Positions 1 to 12,350 of a DNA stretch of 64,000 nucleotides are shown piece by piece (positions within the stretch are counted from its first letter, which is position 1; each line of letters begins with the position of its first letter). The notes under the pieces were generated by a model. That model made no database searches. It saw only the letters and a program-made list of their open reading frames with translations, and was not told the DNA's origin. The position numbers were made by a program, and so were the translations under genes. Source of the stretch: Octopus sinensis (taxonomy: Eukaryota); NCBI RefSeq assembly GCF_006345805.1, contig NC_043010.1:9424001-9488000 (forward strand), read 5' to 3'.

Positions 1-226
1 TATTTCTTTATTACCCACAAGGGGCTAAACACAGAGGGGACAAACAAGGACAGACATAGGTATTAAGTCGATTACATCGACCCCAGTGCATAACTAGTAC
101 TTAATTTATCGAGCCCGAAAGGATGAAAGGCAAAGTCGACCTCGGCGGAATTTGAACTCACAACGTAATGCAGACGAAATACCGCTAAGCATTTCGCCCG
201 GTGTGCTAACGTTTCTGCCAGCTAAC
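1..226 (-). mobile_element. tRNA-derived SINE family B, inserted in mariner remnant
   Basis: Reverse complement of the family B consensus seen at 481-711 (ggcgagctggcagaaacgttagc...gcctttcatcctttcggggtcgataaattaagtacc...aaagaaata). Confidence 0.9.
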
Positions 227-1164
227 CTGTTGACCCAACTTTCCTCACCAGTAATGATCCTTGACATAAAGGATGAGTCATCAGTGGCACACTGATGGAG
301 ATCTTGACAGACTTTGTTGTGATGTTCTTTCTGCTCAGTGGCCAAGTGGGGAACAGACTTGGCAGAAACACTCTGCATGTTCAATCCAGATGATAGAATT
401 GCCTGCATGAACTGATACAATAGAACGACAAGATCAGCAATATCATTGGTCGTCCTCTGACAATCTTCACGCACAAGAGAAGGCGGCGAGCTGGCAGAAA
501 CGTTAGCAAGCCGGGCAAAATGCTTAGTGGCATTTCGTCTGCCGCTGCGTTCTGAGTTCAAATTCAGCCGAGGTTGACTTTGCCTTTCATCCTTTCGGGG
601 TCGATAAATTAAGTACCAATTACGCACTGGGGTCGATGTAATTGACTTAATCCCTTTGTCTGTCCTTGTTTGTTCCCTCTATGTTTAGCCCCTTGTGGGC
701 AATAAAGAAATTAGAATCCTCATGCACAAGCTGATGAATTTTCTTCCCATTTCCAGGGGTGACCCCCGTGGAAGATCTTCCAGATCGCTGATCATCTTCC
801 AGGGACGTTCTTATGCTTTTGAAGCACCAGTGCCACTCAAATCATTGTGTACAACCCATTGCCTCATTGTTGTAATCTTGCTGAAACATGTTCAATGTCT
901 CTGTAGCAGATTTCCCAAGTTTAGCACAAAATTTCATGTGGGCTCTTCATTCCACCTTCCCGTCCATGACAAAATCACAGACTACAGCATACATGTGATC
1001 ACAAAAACACAAATTTCACAACTTGCAAAGTAAACACAGCAACGTCACACAACAAACTGCCTCATGAAGGTCACTGCTAGCTCTCACTGCACACGCAACC
1101 GTGTGCTGCCATCTGTTGGCAGAACTACAGAACTAGTCTGAGAACTTTTTGATACCACCTCGTA
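227..1164 (-). mobile_element. Degenerate mariner transposon, 5' part, split by a SINE B
   Basis: Minus strand gives MKFCAKLGKSATETLNMF...SLEDDQRSGR, then LVREDCQRTT...FMSRIITGEESWV (mariner HTH and start of the DDD domain). TIR-like end TA-cgaggtggtatcaaaaagttc at about 1143-1164. Confidence 0.85.
481..711 (+). mobile_element. tRNA-derived SINE family B, full length
   Basis: tRNA-like head with B-box gagttcaaattc. Central gcctttcatcctttcggggtcgataaattaagtacc resembles the Meta-SINE domain (from memory). Degenerate TSD tcttcacgcacaag/tcctcatgcacaag. Confidence 0.9.
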
Positions 1165-1613
1165 ATTTATTTGACTTTGCAAACTTTCTGTATTTACTAT
1201 TTGTCAACACAGCCATCATTAGTTTCCTCAGCTTCTACAGTTTCACTTTAGCAATTATATTTTGGCTAAGATTTCTATTGATTTCTATAGTCTTTCTGTA
1301 TCAGTTCATATTTCCTTAATACAAACTGAATGTTTTACTAATCATAATTTCAACAGAAAGCACCAAAACACTGAAATTTGTTGGTAAAAAGTTGAATTCT
1401 AAATATAGATAAATAATAATTAACAATTTCTGTTCTCTCAAATTGTGTCTGAGAACGCACTTTGTTAGAGAACATTGTACAATTTTTCTTTTACATCTTG
1501 TATATAATTGGAAGTTTTGTATTTTGAAAATGATTAGTGAAAGGTCAGAATCTCTGTCATTAGTCATTAAAAAGAATTGTTTTACTAAAATATCTTTAAG
1601 CTTGTAGTTTTTA

Positions 1614-1738
1614 ATGTCAGTTTTTAAGTATGACAAAAGCAAAGCTTTTGATGGTATCGGTAAACAAACTATTAATAGAGACAATATCGTATGGGAACTT
1701 ATGAAGACAGGCATTGACTCTAACATCACCATTGTTAT

Positions 1739-1774
<36 letters not shown>

Positions 1775-1925
1775 CATCATCATCATTATTATTGTCGTCA
1801 TCGTTGTAACATCTATTTTTCCGTGATTGCACAGCTCAGATGTGGCTACACTGAGGCAGAATTTTCTAAAGCTAGATGTGCTTTCTTGTGCAAGGTAACA
1901 ATCCTCTAATCTATCGAAGAACAAA
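1614..1925 (+). pseudogene. Decayed non-LTR reverse transcriptase fragment interrupted by (ATC)n
   Basis: DKSKAFDG..NRDNIVWELMKTGID matches the LINE RT motif D.SKAFD.V....LW..L...G. After the repeat it continues as AQLRCGYTEAEF...VQGNNPL, similar to RQG..LSP. Confidence 0.6.
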
Positions 1926-1989
1926 CAGCTTGGACATGATTATGAAAAAAATCCAATAATAATTGACATTTTTCAATGTGTGTCATTCT

Positions 1990-1993
1990 ATCC

Positions 1994-2063
<70 letters not shown>

Positions 2064-2090
2064 ATTATATATATATCTATATATATATGC
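1990..2090. repeat. (CTAT)n/(TA)n microsatellite
   Basis: Direct reading. Confidence 0.95.
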
Positions 2091-2294
2091 AGCCTTAATG
2101 GCTTTAACTCTTATTTCTTCCATTATAGGTGCTATTCAGTTATCACAATTCATGACGGTAAAAGTTTTCCCTTATGATTTTATTTTATACCTAGCTGCTT
2201 ATATTAATTTTCACACACACACACATACACATATGTGTTTGTGTGTGTGTGTGTGTGTGTATGCATATGTATATATATATATGTATATATCTAG

Positions 2295-2328
<34 letters not shown>

Positions 2329-2332
2329 GCGC

Positions 2333-2392
<60 letters not shown>

Positions 2393-2393
<1 letters not shown>

Positions 2394-2494
2394 GCCTGGT
2401 GCAGCCTTCTGGCTTCCCAGACCCCAGTTGAACCGTCCAACCCATGCCAGCATGGAAAGCGGACGTTAAATGATGATGATGATGATGATGATGA
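2393..2494 (+). mobile_element. Family D RTE-type 3' tail ending in (GAT)n
   Basis: gcctggtgcagccttctggcttcccagacc...ggaaagcggacgttaaatgatgat; same as 40478-40645 and 53498-53660. Confidence 0.8.
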
Positions 2495-3123
2495 TATATA
2501 CATATATATGTATGCATGTCCATACATGTGTGTGTGTTTGTGCATGTCTTTATTGTCCCCTCCACTGTTTAGCATAAGTTTAGCATAAGAGACAAATAGA
2601 AGTACCAAACTTAGCAAAACGAAAAATGTTAGGGTTGATCTGATCAACAAAACCGTTCAAAGTAGTACCCCAGAATGGCCACAGTCCAATAACTGAGACA
2701 AGGTAAACGAAAGAAAAGAAGAATAAATGAACACCAGTCTATCACGTATCTAAGGAAATATTGATTCCACATTTTGGCACAAAGCCAACAATTATGATGG
2801 AGGGATAAGTTGATTACATCAAACCCAGTGATCAACTGGTACCTATTCTATTGGCCCTGAAAAGATAAAAGACAAAAATCGACCTTGGCAGAATTTGAAC
2901 TCACAACATAAAGATGGATGGAATACTGCTAAGCGTTTCACCCAGAGTGCTAGTGATCCTGCTAGCTCACCATCATAATCCAAGTAAATATTAGAAGGGA
3001 AACTTGAGACCCAAGCTGTAGCATTTCGGTTTCTTCTTCCATCGACCTTGGCAAAATTTGAACTCAGCTTATAAAGATGGATGAAATGCTGCTAAGCTTT
3101 TTATCTGGCATGTTAACGTTTCT

Positions 3124-3538
3124 TATTTCTTTATTTCCCACAACGGGCTAAACATAGAGAGGACAAACAAGGACAGACAAAGGGATTAAGTCGATTGCAT
3201 CAACCCCAGTGCATAACTGGTACTTAATTTATTGACCCTGAAAGGATGAAAGGCAAAGTCGACCTCGGTGGAATTTGAACTCAGAACGTAACGGCAGATG
3301 AAAAACCTATTTCTTTATTACCCACAAGGGAATAAACATAAAGGGGACAAACAAGGACAGACATAGATAATTAGTCGATTACATCGACCCAGTGCATAAC
3401 TGGTACTTATTTAATCGACCCCAAAAGGATGAAAGGCAAAGTCGACCTTGGCAGAATTTGAACTCAGAACATAACGGCAGATGAAATTCCGCTAAGCATT
3501 TTGCCCGCTGTGCTAACGTTTCTGCCAGCTTGCCACTT
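3124..3538 (-). mobile_element. Tandem SINE B dimer (one truncated and one full copy)
   Basis: Two successive copies, each starting tatttctttatt.cccacaa on the plus strand. Confidence 0.85.
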
Positions 3539-3716
3539 TAATCTAAGTAAATATTACAAAGAAAACATGAGACCCAAGCTGTAGCATTCTGGTAACTCTT
3601 CCATCAACCTTGGCAAAATTTGAACTCAGATTATTACGTTGGATGAAATGCCACTAACCATTTTATCTGGCATGTTAACGTTTCTGCCAGCTCGCCACTT
3701 TAATCTATGTAATATA

Positions 3717-4099
3717 GGAGCACTCCGTCGGTTGCGACGATGAGAGTCCCAGCTGATACGATCAACGGAACAGCTTGCTTGTGATATTAACGTGCAAGTG
3801 GCTGAGCACTCCACAGACATGTGTACCCTTAACGTAGTTCTCGAGGAGATTCAGCGTGACACACAGAATGTGACAAGGCTGGCCCTTTGAAATACAGGTA
3901 CAAGAGAAACAGGAAGAAAGAGCGAGAGAAAGTTGTGGTGAAAAAGTACAGCAGGGTTCACCACCACCCCCTGTCGGAGCCTCGTGGAGCTTTAGTTGTT
4001 TTCGCTCAATAAACACTCACAATGCCTGGTCTGGGTTTCGAAACCGCGATTCTCCGACCGCGGGTCCACTGCCCTAACCACTGGGCCATTGCACCTCCA
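3717..4099 (-). mobile_element. tRNA-derived SINE family C (OR1/OR2-like) with 12-bp TSD
   Basis: Reverse complement of ggaggcgcaatggcccagtggttagggcag...gacggagtgctcc. TSD taatctatgtaa at 3701-3712 and 4102-4113. Family name is from memory only. Confidence 0.9.
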
Positions 4100-6597
4100 T
4101 GTAATCTATGTAAGTATTACAAAGAAAACATGAGGCTTAAACTGTAGTGTGCCTGTTACTCTTCCATTAATCCCTTTCATTTATGTTCTAACATAAAACT
4201 TATAATCTCCTTTCTTAAATTTCATTAATAAGCAATCAAATCATGTGGAAGTATAATTCATGATATATGAATGCAAGTGATTGAGCATGTGTGTATGTGT
4301 ACGCTTGCAATTTAGTGTTGAAATAAATTATCCTCTGTCCATTCAAGGATTCATACAGGGAAATTTATAGATCTCTATTTATTCTTCTGTAACATATTCT
4401 AATGATTTAAACATCTATATGCATACTGTAAGGATGGATATATATTTATACTGTAAGCCAATGACATTTAACTGATTTCTTGATAAATAGTAATATCAAG
4501 AATAGAAATGATAAATGTGGTGTTCATGCTTTTACTACATATATTTTGTACAAGTGTAGTGACACAGCTATAGCTGGGAATTGAAACTTTATTGTACCCT
4601 TAGTTTTATTTTATTATAGTTGTTTATTTTTATGTATTTATTTTATATTATACATCATAATTTGCGAACAAAATTAGAGTGCTTGGTTATAAGTGTTTCC
4701 CAGTCACTGGTCCGGAGTATTTCCTGGTGGCAAAAGAGACAAGGGAGTGTCTGTAACTCGATTCTGAACAAATATTATGAGGGATTTCATTCATCAAGCA
4801 CTGATTTCTTTTTTCCCATTGATGTTTATATCTTTTAATGATGGACATCAGCAAAATACACAAATTTATATACACATCCTTGTTACTTGCGTGAATTTTA
4901 CTACCCTGGTAACTGTTTACTGAATTTTCCGTGTTAATGGTAAACAAGGGATAATTCATTCATCCATTTACATATATGTATATGTATGTATATATATAAA
5001 CATGGTTCAAGTTAAGACTTAATGATTTCTACCATCAAGGCATTGACAACCTTGTGAAATATTGGCAAAAAGGTGTGAACAATGAAAGAGAATGTATTCT
5101 TCACTTATGTGTTAAAATTGTTGATGAAGAATGAGGAACACAGATTCGGTCCCACTGTCAAATCGTGGGACTGAATTAGTAAGCTGGGTGTCAATTCGTT
5201 CAACTAAAGTTTTTTGAGGTAGTGTCTCAGCATGACCACAGTCTAAGGACAGTGACAAGTAATAGGCAAAAAAAAGGAAAAAAGATAAATGTGTGTTTGT
5301 GTGTGTGTTGGGGGGATGTGTGGGGGGATGTGAGTGGATATGAGTGCATGTGAGTGTGGGTGTGTGTATGTTTTGTAATTGTTGTACAAGTAGTGTTATT
5401 CATTTCTGATATTCTACCAGAACATGTCTGGTCATAGAAAAATCTACCTCAATAAATTCTGCCCAGCCCTTGTAATGGTGGACAAGTGAACGTTAAAACA
5501 ATGATAATGAAGCTAAGTTCTTTCAAACAGTTCCTGTCAACCAAATTCCTCTCTTAACTAATTGATCAATCTGAGGCTATGGCAAAAGATATTTACCCAA
5601 GTTTTCTGCTGTAAGACTAAATTTGGAAACATATACTTCTTAACCTTTCTGCCATGATTCTACTGCACTTACCATACGTCTATGCAAGTATATTCTTGCA
5701 TATATTAATGCATAAAATTGTAATTCATATATTCCTATTTTGAACCTATGGAACTGTGTTTCCTCTGCAAAAAGGCAAGTAAATATTTTTCTTCATGCAA
5801 TTGTTGTTGTCATCTACCTTCAAAAATATATTAAACCAGCCATTCTACTGTTTAATTCACCTGCACAGCTCTCACCTAATGTCTATACTCATTTCTATCT
5901 TCCTTAGTAAATTTCTCTTCTCTGTCGTCTCTAATTAGTAAGCTGACAGCTAGGTGGTACCTTTGAAGAAGAAAAAAATTCTGTAGAAAAGCCAGGGGAA
6001 TCCTCGAAGTTTAGATTGAAATATCAACAGATCAAAGGACAGAAATTATTTACAAACTATGTCTCATGTTTCTCAAAATAAAGTTGTTTATCAATAGTTT
6101 GACAATGTTTTAACAGTATTTGGCATTTGATATTTTGCTACAGTAATTCTATTTATTTCATGGATATATATATATTTGTGTTCGTATTGCATGTATGTTT
6201 GTATTGTATATGAAATTGCATCTACTGTGGTATATGAATATTTATTGTATGAGTTGTTATGTAATGTACCGTATATCATAAAGATTCAAAGCAAAGCCTA
6301 GGAATCCATTTTTATAGATATAATGAATGAATAATGTGTTGCACATATACATGTGGTATTGTATATGCAATTACATGTATTATTAATATGTGTGTTCCAG
6401 CTGTTTATCAGTTGTTAAAATATTACAAAGCATTATTCAGTGTTGTGCTGCTGCTCATTTCTTAGTAAATAGAAAACTAATGTTTTGATTCTAGCTGCAT
6501 CTATAGAACAAAAACATTCTAGCATCCTATATCTTACTCCTATTATTCTAAGGCTTTGTTTTCTATCAAATATTTTGTCGTATAATAATGTTATTTT

Positions 6598-6807
6598 TAA
6601 CCACATAGGGGAGGGGGTGTTACTGTAGCTTTATAGCCCCAGGAAATCGTCGTCTCCAGCTGGCTTTAGACACCATTTCAGTGCCCTTGAAGTATTTGCA
6701 AAGGGAGGCCATCCCTTCCTCGCAAGCCTGAGTGATACGCTCGGACTAGTCCGAGCGTATCACTCAGGCTATAAAGCTACAGTAACACCCCCTCCCCTAT
6801 GTGGTTA
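6598..6807. repeat. Nested perfect palindrome: 41-bp terminal inverted arms plus internal 46-bp palindrome
   Basis: 6598-6638 is the exact reverse complement of 6767-6807. 6725-6770 is a perfect palindrome centred on actagt. Confidence 0.95.
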
Positions 6808-7394
6808 GCCATGTTAAGATGGCTTCTATACTTTACATTATCGAGCGATTACTGTTTCAATCTCATTCTGAGATTTAATAATGCTTAATGTTATTTTTGT
6901 TGTTGTTCAATCCCAGTTATGAACTGATAGAACAAAAATTTTGATCAGAAGCATCCCAGCCTTGATCATTTTGGCTTTTATTTAGTTATTTCAAAGACTA
7001 CATTGTCCAGTGTGTTTCCTGGTTAAGATGGCAGAAAGTTTTTTGAAGGATGTTTGATTGTTGTTTCTAACAGTAGGCTTAGTGGTGTTGCATGCTCAGG
7101 AGATAGCAGAGCCATTATACTGAAGGTAGCAAACTGGCATCGTTCTTAGACCATCAACTGAAATGCTGAGCAGTATTTCTTCTGATTCTCTACACACTTC
7201 ATTTAAACCCTGCAGAGATCACCTTTACTTTTCAACCTCTGGAATCAATAAACTTAATTGCCATTTTAGTATAGCAGCTGATGTACTTGACTAACACCTT
7301 CCCTCAAAATTTACTGGCCTTGTACCTAAATTAAAAGCAGCTATTATGTGATAGCTTTGCTATACTTCTTCAGAGCTCAACAGTTAAGTTGTAG

Positions 7395-7525
7395 GAAGAG
7401 AGGTGTATGAACAACAAGCAGGTGTATTAGTTTGACACCCACGAAAATGAGAAAGTCTTTTATGTTTTGAGCCTATGCTCTTCAACAGAAAAGAATATGA
7501 GGAAATAAACAGAGAGAAAATAAAA
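7395..7525 (-). mobile_element. Family E short element (Penelope pLTR-like) with decayed hammerhead-like motif
   Basis: Homologous to 9217-9400 and 40125-40297. Minus strand reads tcttt-tctgttgaa-gagc-atag-gctc-aaaac-ata-aaaga. Confidence 0.7.
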
Positions 7526-7721
7526 TATACACATATATATATATACACATACACACACATATATTCATATATTTTTGCCCTCCTCCATATATATATATAC
7601 ATACATATACTACATAAATATAAATATAATTACACATGTTCCCTCACACACACATAAAAATATATATGTATGAGAGATAATGAGAGAAAGGGGAGGGAGG
7701 GAGGGAGAAAATGAGAGAAAG

Positions 7722-7795
7722 AGTTATTCTGGTTTAATTTTGAATGTTTCAAAGATAGGAAATGCTGAAACATTCAAAATTAAACCAGAATAACT
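7722..7795. repeat. Perfect 30-bp hairpin with 14-nt loop
   Basis: agttattctggtttaattttgaatgtttca / tgaaacattcaaaattaaaccagaataact. Confidence 0.95.
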
Positions 7796-8450
7796 GCGTT
7801 TCTTTCCAAGTAAAATGACATCATCAGTCTTCAGTCTTTCATAAAAGGTAGCAGAAGGAAGGAAAGAAAGAAAAGAATTGGAGAAACAAAATTATTCAAT
7901 CAAAAAGTTTAGTATAAATATGGTGGAGTTCACCTGTCATTTTATTAATTCCTGCAGGCTGAAATGTCAACGGCTCACAAATATATCCATCATCATGAGT
8001 TTTGAGGACTAAAAGTGCAGTGGGGTGAGGGTGTTTTTTCAGAATGTGCACCTTCAGGTCATCCTCAAATTTACACCCTTTTGATGCGAAATGCTCTGCA
8101 AGTTCCTTGGAATCACTGTTATTGTACCTGACATCGTACCTCTGTCCATTAAAATCTTTTTTGTAATTGTTCTGTTGTGCAACCAAGATAAATCATTTTG
8201 TGTTTGGTGCATTTCACTGCATACACCAAATGGGAATCCTTACATGTCCCTCCTTCTGTGTAAATCATTTCTGTTATAATTCTTGATGGGACTGGTCTCA
8301 CTCATGTTATTGCACAATGAACAGGACTTACCTCCCTTATGAGCCCTGTTCCAGAAATGCTATGATTTACTCAGGAGGAGGGACATCTAAGGATTCCCAT
8401 TTGGTGTATGCAACAGAATGCACCAAACACTAAATGATTTACGTTGGTTG
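7793..8450 (-). mobile_element. Penelope-like element remnant: GIY-YIG endonuclease pseudogene, 3' UTR and inverted 5' segment
   Basis: Minus strand: TCKDSHLVYAVKCTKHKMIYLGCTTEQLQKRF (frameshift) NGQRYDVRY...ELAEHF...DDLKVHIL...LTFQPAGIN, stop at 7896. Decayed ctgatga...gaaacgcagtta follows in the 3' UTR. 89-bp inverted repeat at 8180-8268 / 8362-8450. Confidence 0.85.
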
Positions 8451-8774
8451 ATTTCAAGTAGTCCATTATTAGTTATGCATCATGTTAGTCTACATGTGAT
8501 CTTTGCCTTGAAGAAATGTATTATATAATTATTTCTAAATTAATTTTATTGAATTCTAATGGAGCTTTAAAATGAAGTGTTGCCATAAATTTAGAAAGAC
8601 ATTCAAATAAGCAATTCTTAATGATAATAGCTTTACTTATATTATATAATGAGGTTAATTCTTCTAAAAGGTTTCATATATTTGATAAATAGATAACTAA
8701 TTGTTGTGATGTAAAATAATTGTTTCTAATTATAACAATGTAGAATTCTGATGTTTATTTTAAATTGTTAGTTA

Positions 8775-9000
8775 TTCACTGACATCACTATAGTTGATTA
8801 CAAAAACAGCCTTTTTTAGATTATATTTCTCTATGTTTTTAATGGTCATAATGTATAATTCTCATGTTTGATTTTTATTCATTTATTATTCTCTGACATC
8901 ACCAATAGTTGAATATAAAAACAGCCTTTCTTAAATATGTTTATTCTTTATTTTTTCATTATCCACTGATGTTACCATTAGTTGAATACAGAAATGTCTT
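8775..9000. repeat. Degenerate three-copy direct repeat
   Basis: ctgacatcac..tagttga.ta.aaaaacagcct at about 8779 and 8894; weaker copy at about 8965. Confidence 0.6.
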
Positions 9001-9216
9001 AGATTGAATTCCTTCTCATCATTCTTTTTGTAGGCATTCATGCACTGGAAATATTTCACATGTTCGCTTGAAATTTCACTAATTTTGGGTTGTCTTGATA
9101 CCATAGTGTTAACATACATTTTTGGAAACATTAATATTAATTACAATAATATCTTATATGTGTGTGTGTGTGTATGCATAGATATGTATGTGTGTGTGTA
9201 TGTGTGTATATATATA

Positions 9217-9400
9217 GGGAGAGTTTACGAAAAACTCAAAAGACGAAGACAGGTGGTGTAGACAACAAACAGATGTATTAGTTTAACGTTCGGGAAGTGA
9301 AAAAGTCTTTAATGTTTTGAGCCTATGCTCTCCCACTGAAAGGAACACAGAAAGAAACAAGGAGAGAAAATAAAGAATGTGTAGTAGTTAGTGATGTATC
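9217..9400 (-). mobile_element. Family E short element with decayed hammerhead-like motif
   Basis: Homologous to 40125-40297; abuts (TA)n. Confidence 0.75.
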
Positions 9401-9509
9401 ATGGCGAAGGGTTATATATATATAGCAACACAAGTTTTTTATTCTTCAATTTGTTTTGCCTGAGTCTTCAAGTTCCACCTCATGGATTATTCAACTAGTT
9501 GACTAACTG

Positions 9510-9885
9510 GATGTGGTTGTGTGGTAAGAAGATTGCTGCTCAACCACAATTCTCCAGGTTCAGTCTCATTGCATGGCACCTTGGGTGTCTTCTACTATAG
9601 CCTTAAGTGGATTTGGTAGATGGAAACTGAAAGTAACCCATCATATGTGTGTGTGTATGCATGGATGTGTGTCAGTGTGTGTGTGTGTTTATTTTTTGTG
9701 TCTCTGTTTGTCCCCCCACCATTGCTTGACAATTGATGCTGGTGTGTTTATATCCCCATAACTTAGCAGTTCAGCAAAAAAACCAATAGATTAAGTACTA
9801 GGCTTACAAAAACAAGTCAATTGACTGTGGCTCCAGCATGGCCACAGTCAGATGACTGAAACATATGAATAAAAGTATAAAAGAA
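9510..9885 (+). mobile_element. tRNA-derived SINE family A (diverged)
   Basis: Matches ggagtggctgtgtggtaag...ggcaccttgggcaagtgtcttc...[microsatellite]...ccagcatggccacagtc...gactgaaac. Confidence 0.85.
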
Positions 9886-10008
9886 TATTTCTGTTATTAT
9901 ACACTGACTTTGCACTAATCAATTTTGAAAATAATGAGAAATTTAATAAAATAACTTTAAGATCAAGCTTGAGTTTAGAATAAAAATTAGTATGAAATTT
10001 TGATGGAA

Positions 10009-10166
10009 GGTTGTGGCTGCGTGGTAAGTAGCTTGCTTACCAACCACATGGTTCCGGGTTCAGTCCCACTGCATAGCACTTTGGGCAAGTGTCTTCTACT
10101 ATAGCCTCGGGCTGACCAAAGCCTTGTGAGCAGATTCAATAGACGAAAACTGAAAGAAGACCATCG

Positions 10167-10208
<42 letters not shown>

Positions 10209-10406
10209 TGTGTCTGTGTTTGTCCCCCCGACGTTGGTGCGTTTATATCCCCATAATCTATCGGTTCGGCAAAAGAGACCGATAGAATAAGTACGAGGCT
10301 TAAAAAGAATAAATCCTGGGGTCGATTTGTCCGACTAAAGGCGGTGATCCAGCATGACCACAATAAAATGACTGAAACAAGCTAAAAAGAGAGAGTAAAA
10401 GAGTAA
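10009..10406 (+). mobile_element. SINE family A
   Basis: Full consensus with internal (TG)n and agtaaaag tail. Confidence 0.9.
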
Positions 10407-10576
10407 GAAGTGCATATCCTTGAACTAGGAGCAGTCTCAGCTAAGTTGGTATCAAAGGGTTCATCAGAAATTTGACTCTATATTCAGTATTGAATCTCCC
10501 AAACAGTAAGTGTTGTGTTGTTATACATAAACTTGCTTTGAAATTATAGCCTTAATTTAATATTGATTTCAAATTT

Positions 10577-11102
10577 TGGCAAACGACAGCAATTTTAGCT
10601 GGAGGGGATAAGTCAGTTTTATTCACCCCAATAAAATGAAAGGCAAAGTCAACCTCAATGAAATTGAACTCATTATAGAAAGATAGCAGAAATGCCATTA
10701 AGCTTTTTGCCAGGTATGTTAATAGTTCTGCCAACTCGTTACCTTAAACCTTAATTTAATATTGGTTTCAGATTTTGGCACAAGGCCAGCAATCTTAGAG
10801 AGAGGAAGTGAGTCAATTGCATCAATCCCAGTGCTCAACTGGTACTTATTTTATCGACTCTGAGAAGGTGGAAAGCAAAGTTGACCTCCATGGAAATTGA
10901 ACTCAAAATGTAAAGGTGGACGAAATGCCACCAAGCATTTTGGCCGGTGTGCTAATGGTTCTGCTCAACTGGTACTTATTTTATCGATCCTGAAGGGATG
11001 GAATTCAGTTTGAATCTTGTCAGAGTTTGAACATAAATACAAATGAAATGCCTCTAAGCATTTTACCAGATGTGCTAATTGTTCTGCCAGTTCGCTGCCT
11101 TA
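10577..11102 (-). mobile_element. Cluster of old SINE B copies
   Basis: Repeated gctcaactggtacttattttatcga, gcaaagttgacct and gaactca segments. Confidence 0.75.
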
Positions 11103-11735
11103 AACCTTAATTTAATGTTCAAAACATGTAATACATGATGTTATAACACAGCTTCAGTTTTATTGAATGCTAGCATGGATTAATTAGATCTACAAATTCT
11201 ACTTTCAAACCAATATCTGTAGAAAGAAAGTCATACGAGTATATAGTAAACTATTGTTTGAAATAACAGGTAAATTTTTCACGGAAATAATTTTATCTGA
11301 GAAGCTCTAATCAGTGAAATCTGCTGAAATCTATTCTGCTAGACAATACTACAGTTAAATAGATATGAAAATCAATGCTACATATTTAAAAACAAAATAG
11401 GAAATGAAGTTTTCAAACAGCTAAAAGTCTTATTTTGGCACATTTATCTAAATACTGAACACACTATAATATTATTAATGTGTCATTTTACATTTTTTTT
11501 TTCCTCCCAAAGAGTTAACTTCTAATCCAATTTCTGTGTGTCCCTTGAGGCAAACTACATTTGAGATCTCAATCTGAAAGGCATTGTAGACAGAGAAGAT
11601 GAAATGCAGTAGATAAGGAAACTTGAGCTTTTAAAAGGTAACTTTATTCCAAATGAGGCAATGGAGATTTTGAAAAGAAAAAAAAAAACAGATAACTGTT
11701 TTTGGTATTGTTTAACAGAGTGTAATTTGATTAAA

Positions 11736-11740
<5 letters not shown>

Positions 11741-11779
<39 letters not shown>

Positions 11780-11808
11780 TATATATATATGTATATATAT
11801 ACATATAC

Positions 11809-11855
<47 letters not shown>

Positions 11856-12233
11856 TATATATATGTACATATATATATATACACGCACATATATATGCAC
11901 ACACACATATATATATATATGTATATAAGTAGTTGTGTATGTAGCTATGTATGTCGATATGTATTAATGTATATATGTACATATATGTATGTGTATATGT
12001 GTGTGTGTGTGTGTGTATGTATGAATTTATACACACACACGTATATAATAGGTAGATAAATAGATAGATGAATAGATAGATGGGTAGATAGACAGATAGA
12101 TAAATAAATAGATATGTGAACATATATATATACATATATATATATGTATATGTGTGTATTATTTTATATATATTTGTGCATATATAGGTATGGGTGTATA
12201 TACATATATATAAACACTCACACATACATGTAT

Positions 12234-12269
<36 letters not shown>

Positions 12270-12350
12270 CAATATACTTATATATATATTTATATATGTG
12301 TGTATAAGTGTGTATATATATGTATTACCATCATCTTATGTTTCGTGTTT
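11741..12350. repeat. Compound (TA)n/(TG)n/(CA)n/(TAGA)n microsatellite tract
   Basis: Direct reading; explains the YI/CV-rich ORFs. Confidence 0.95.

Larger units (their letters stand above)
2975..4170. repeat. Three-unit ~160-bp tandem repeat invaded by SINE B and SINE C
   Basis: Unit taatc(c/t)aagtaaatatta..gaaacatgagacccaagctgtag...gaactcag starts at about 2977, 3540 and 3701 (the last continues at 4102). Confidence 0.75.

Noticed and set aside
1835-1894. 60-nt AG...GT exon-like segment on the plus strand
   Set aside because: It is the continuation of the decayed LINE RT begun at 1614.
5948-6083. Short open frame LGGTFEEEKNSVEKPGESSKFRLKYQQIKG
   Set aside because: No recognisable homolog and no convincing donor site.
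8775-9000. Spaced direct repeats as a CRISPR-like array
   Set aside because: Eukaryotic context, only three degenerate units, irregular spacing, no cas genes.
10429-10505. Exon-like segment EQSQLSWYQRVHQKFDSIFSIESPK ending at gtaagt
   Set aside because: Weak acceptor, atypical -1 base, no homology, no partner exons.
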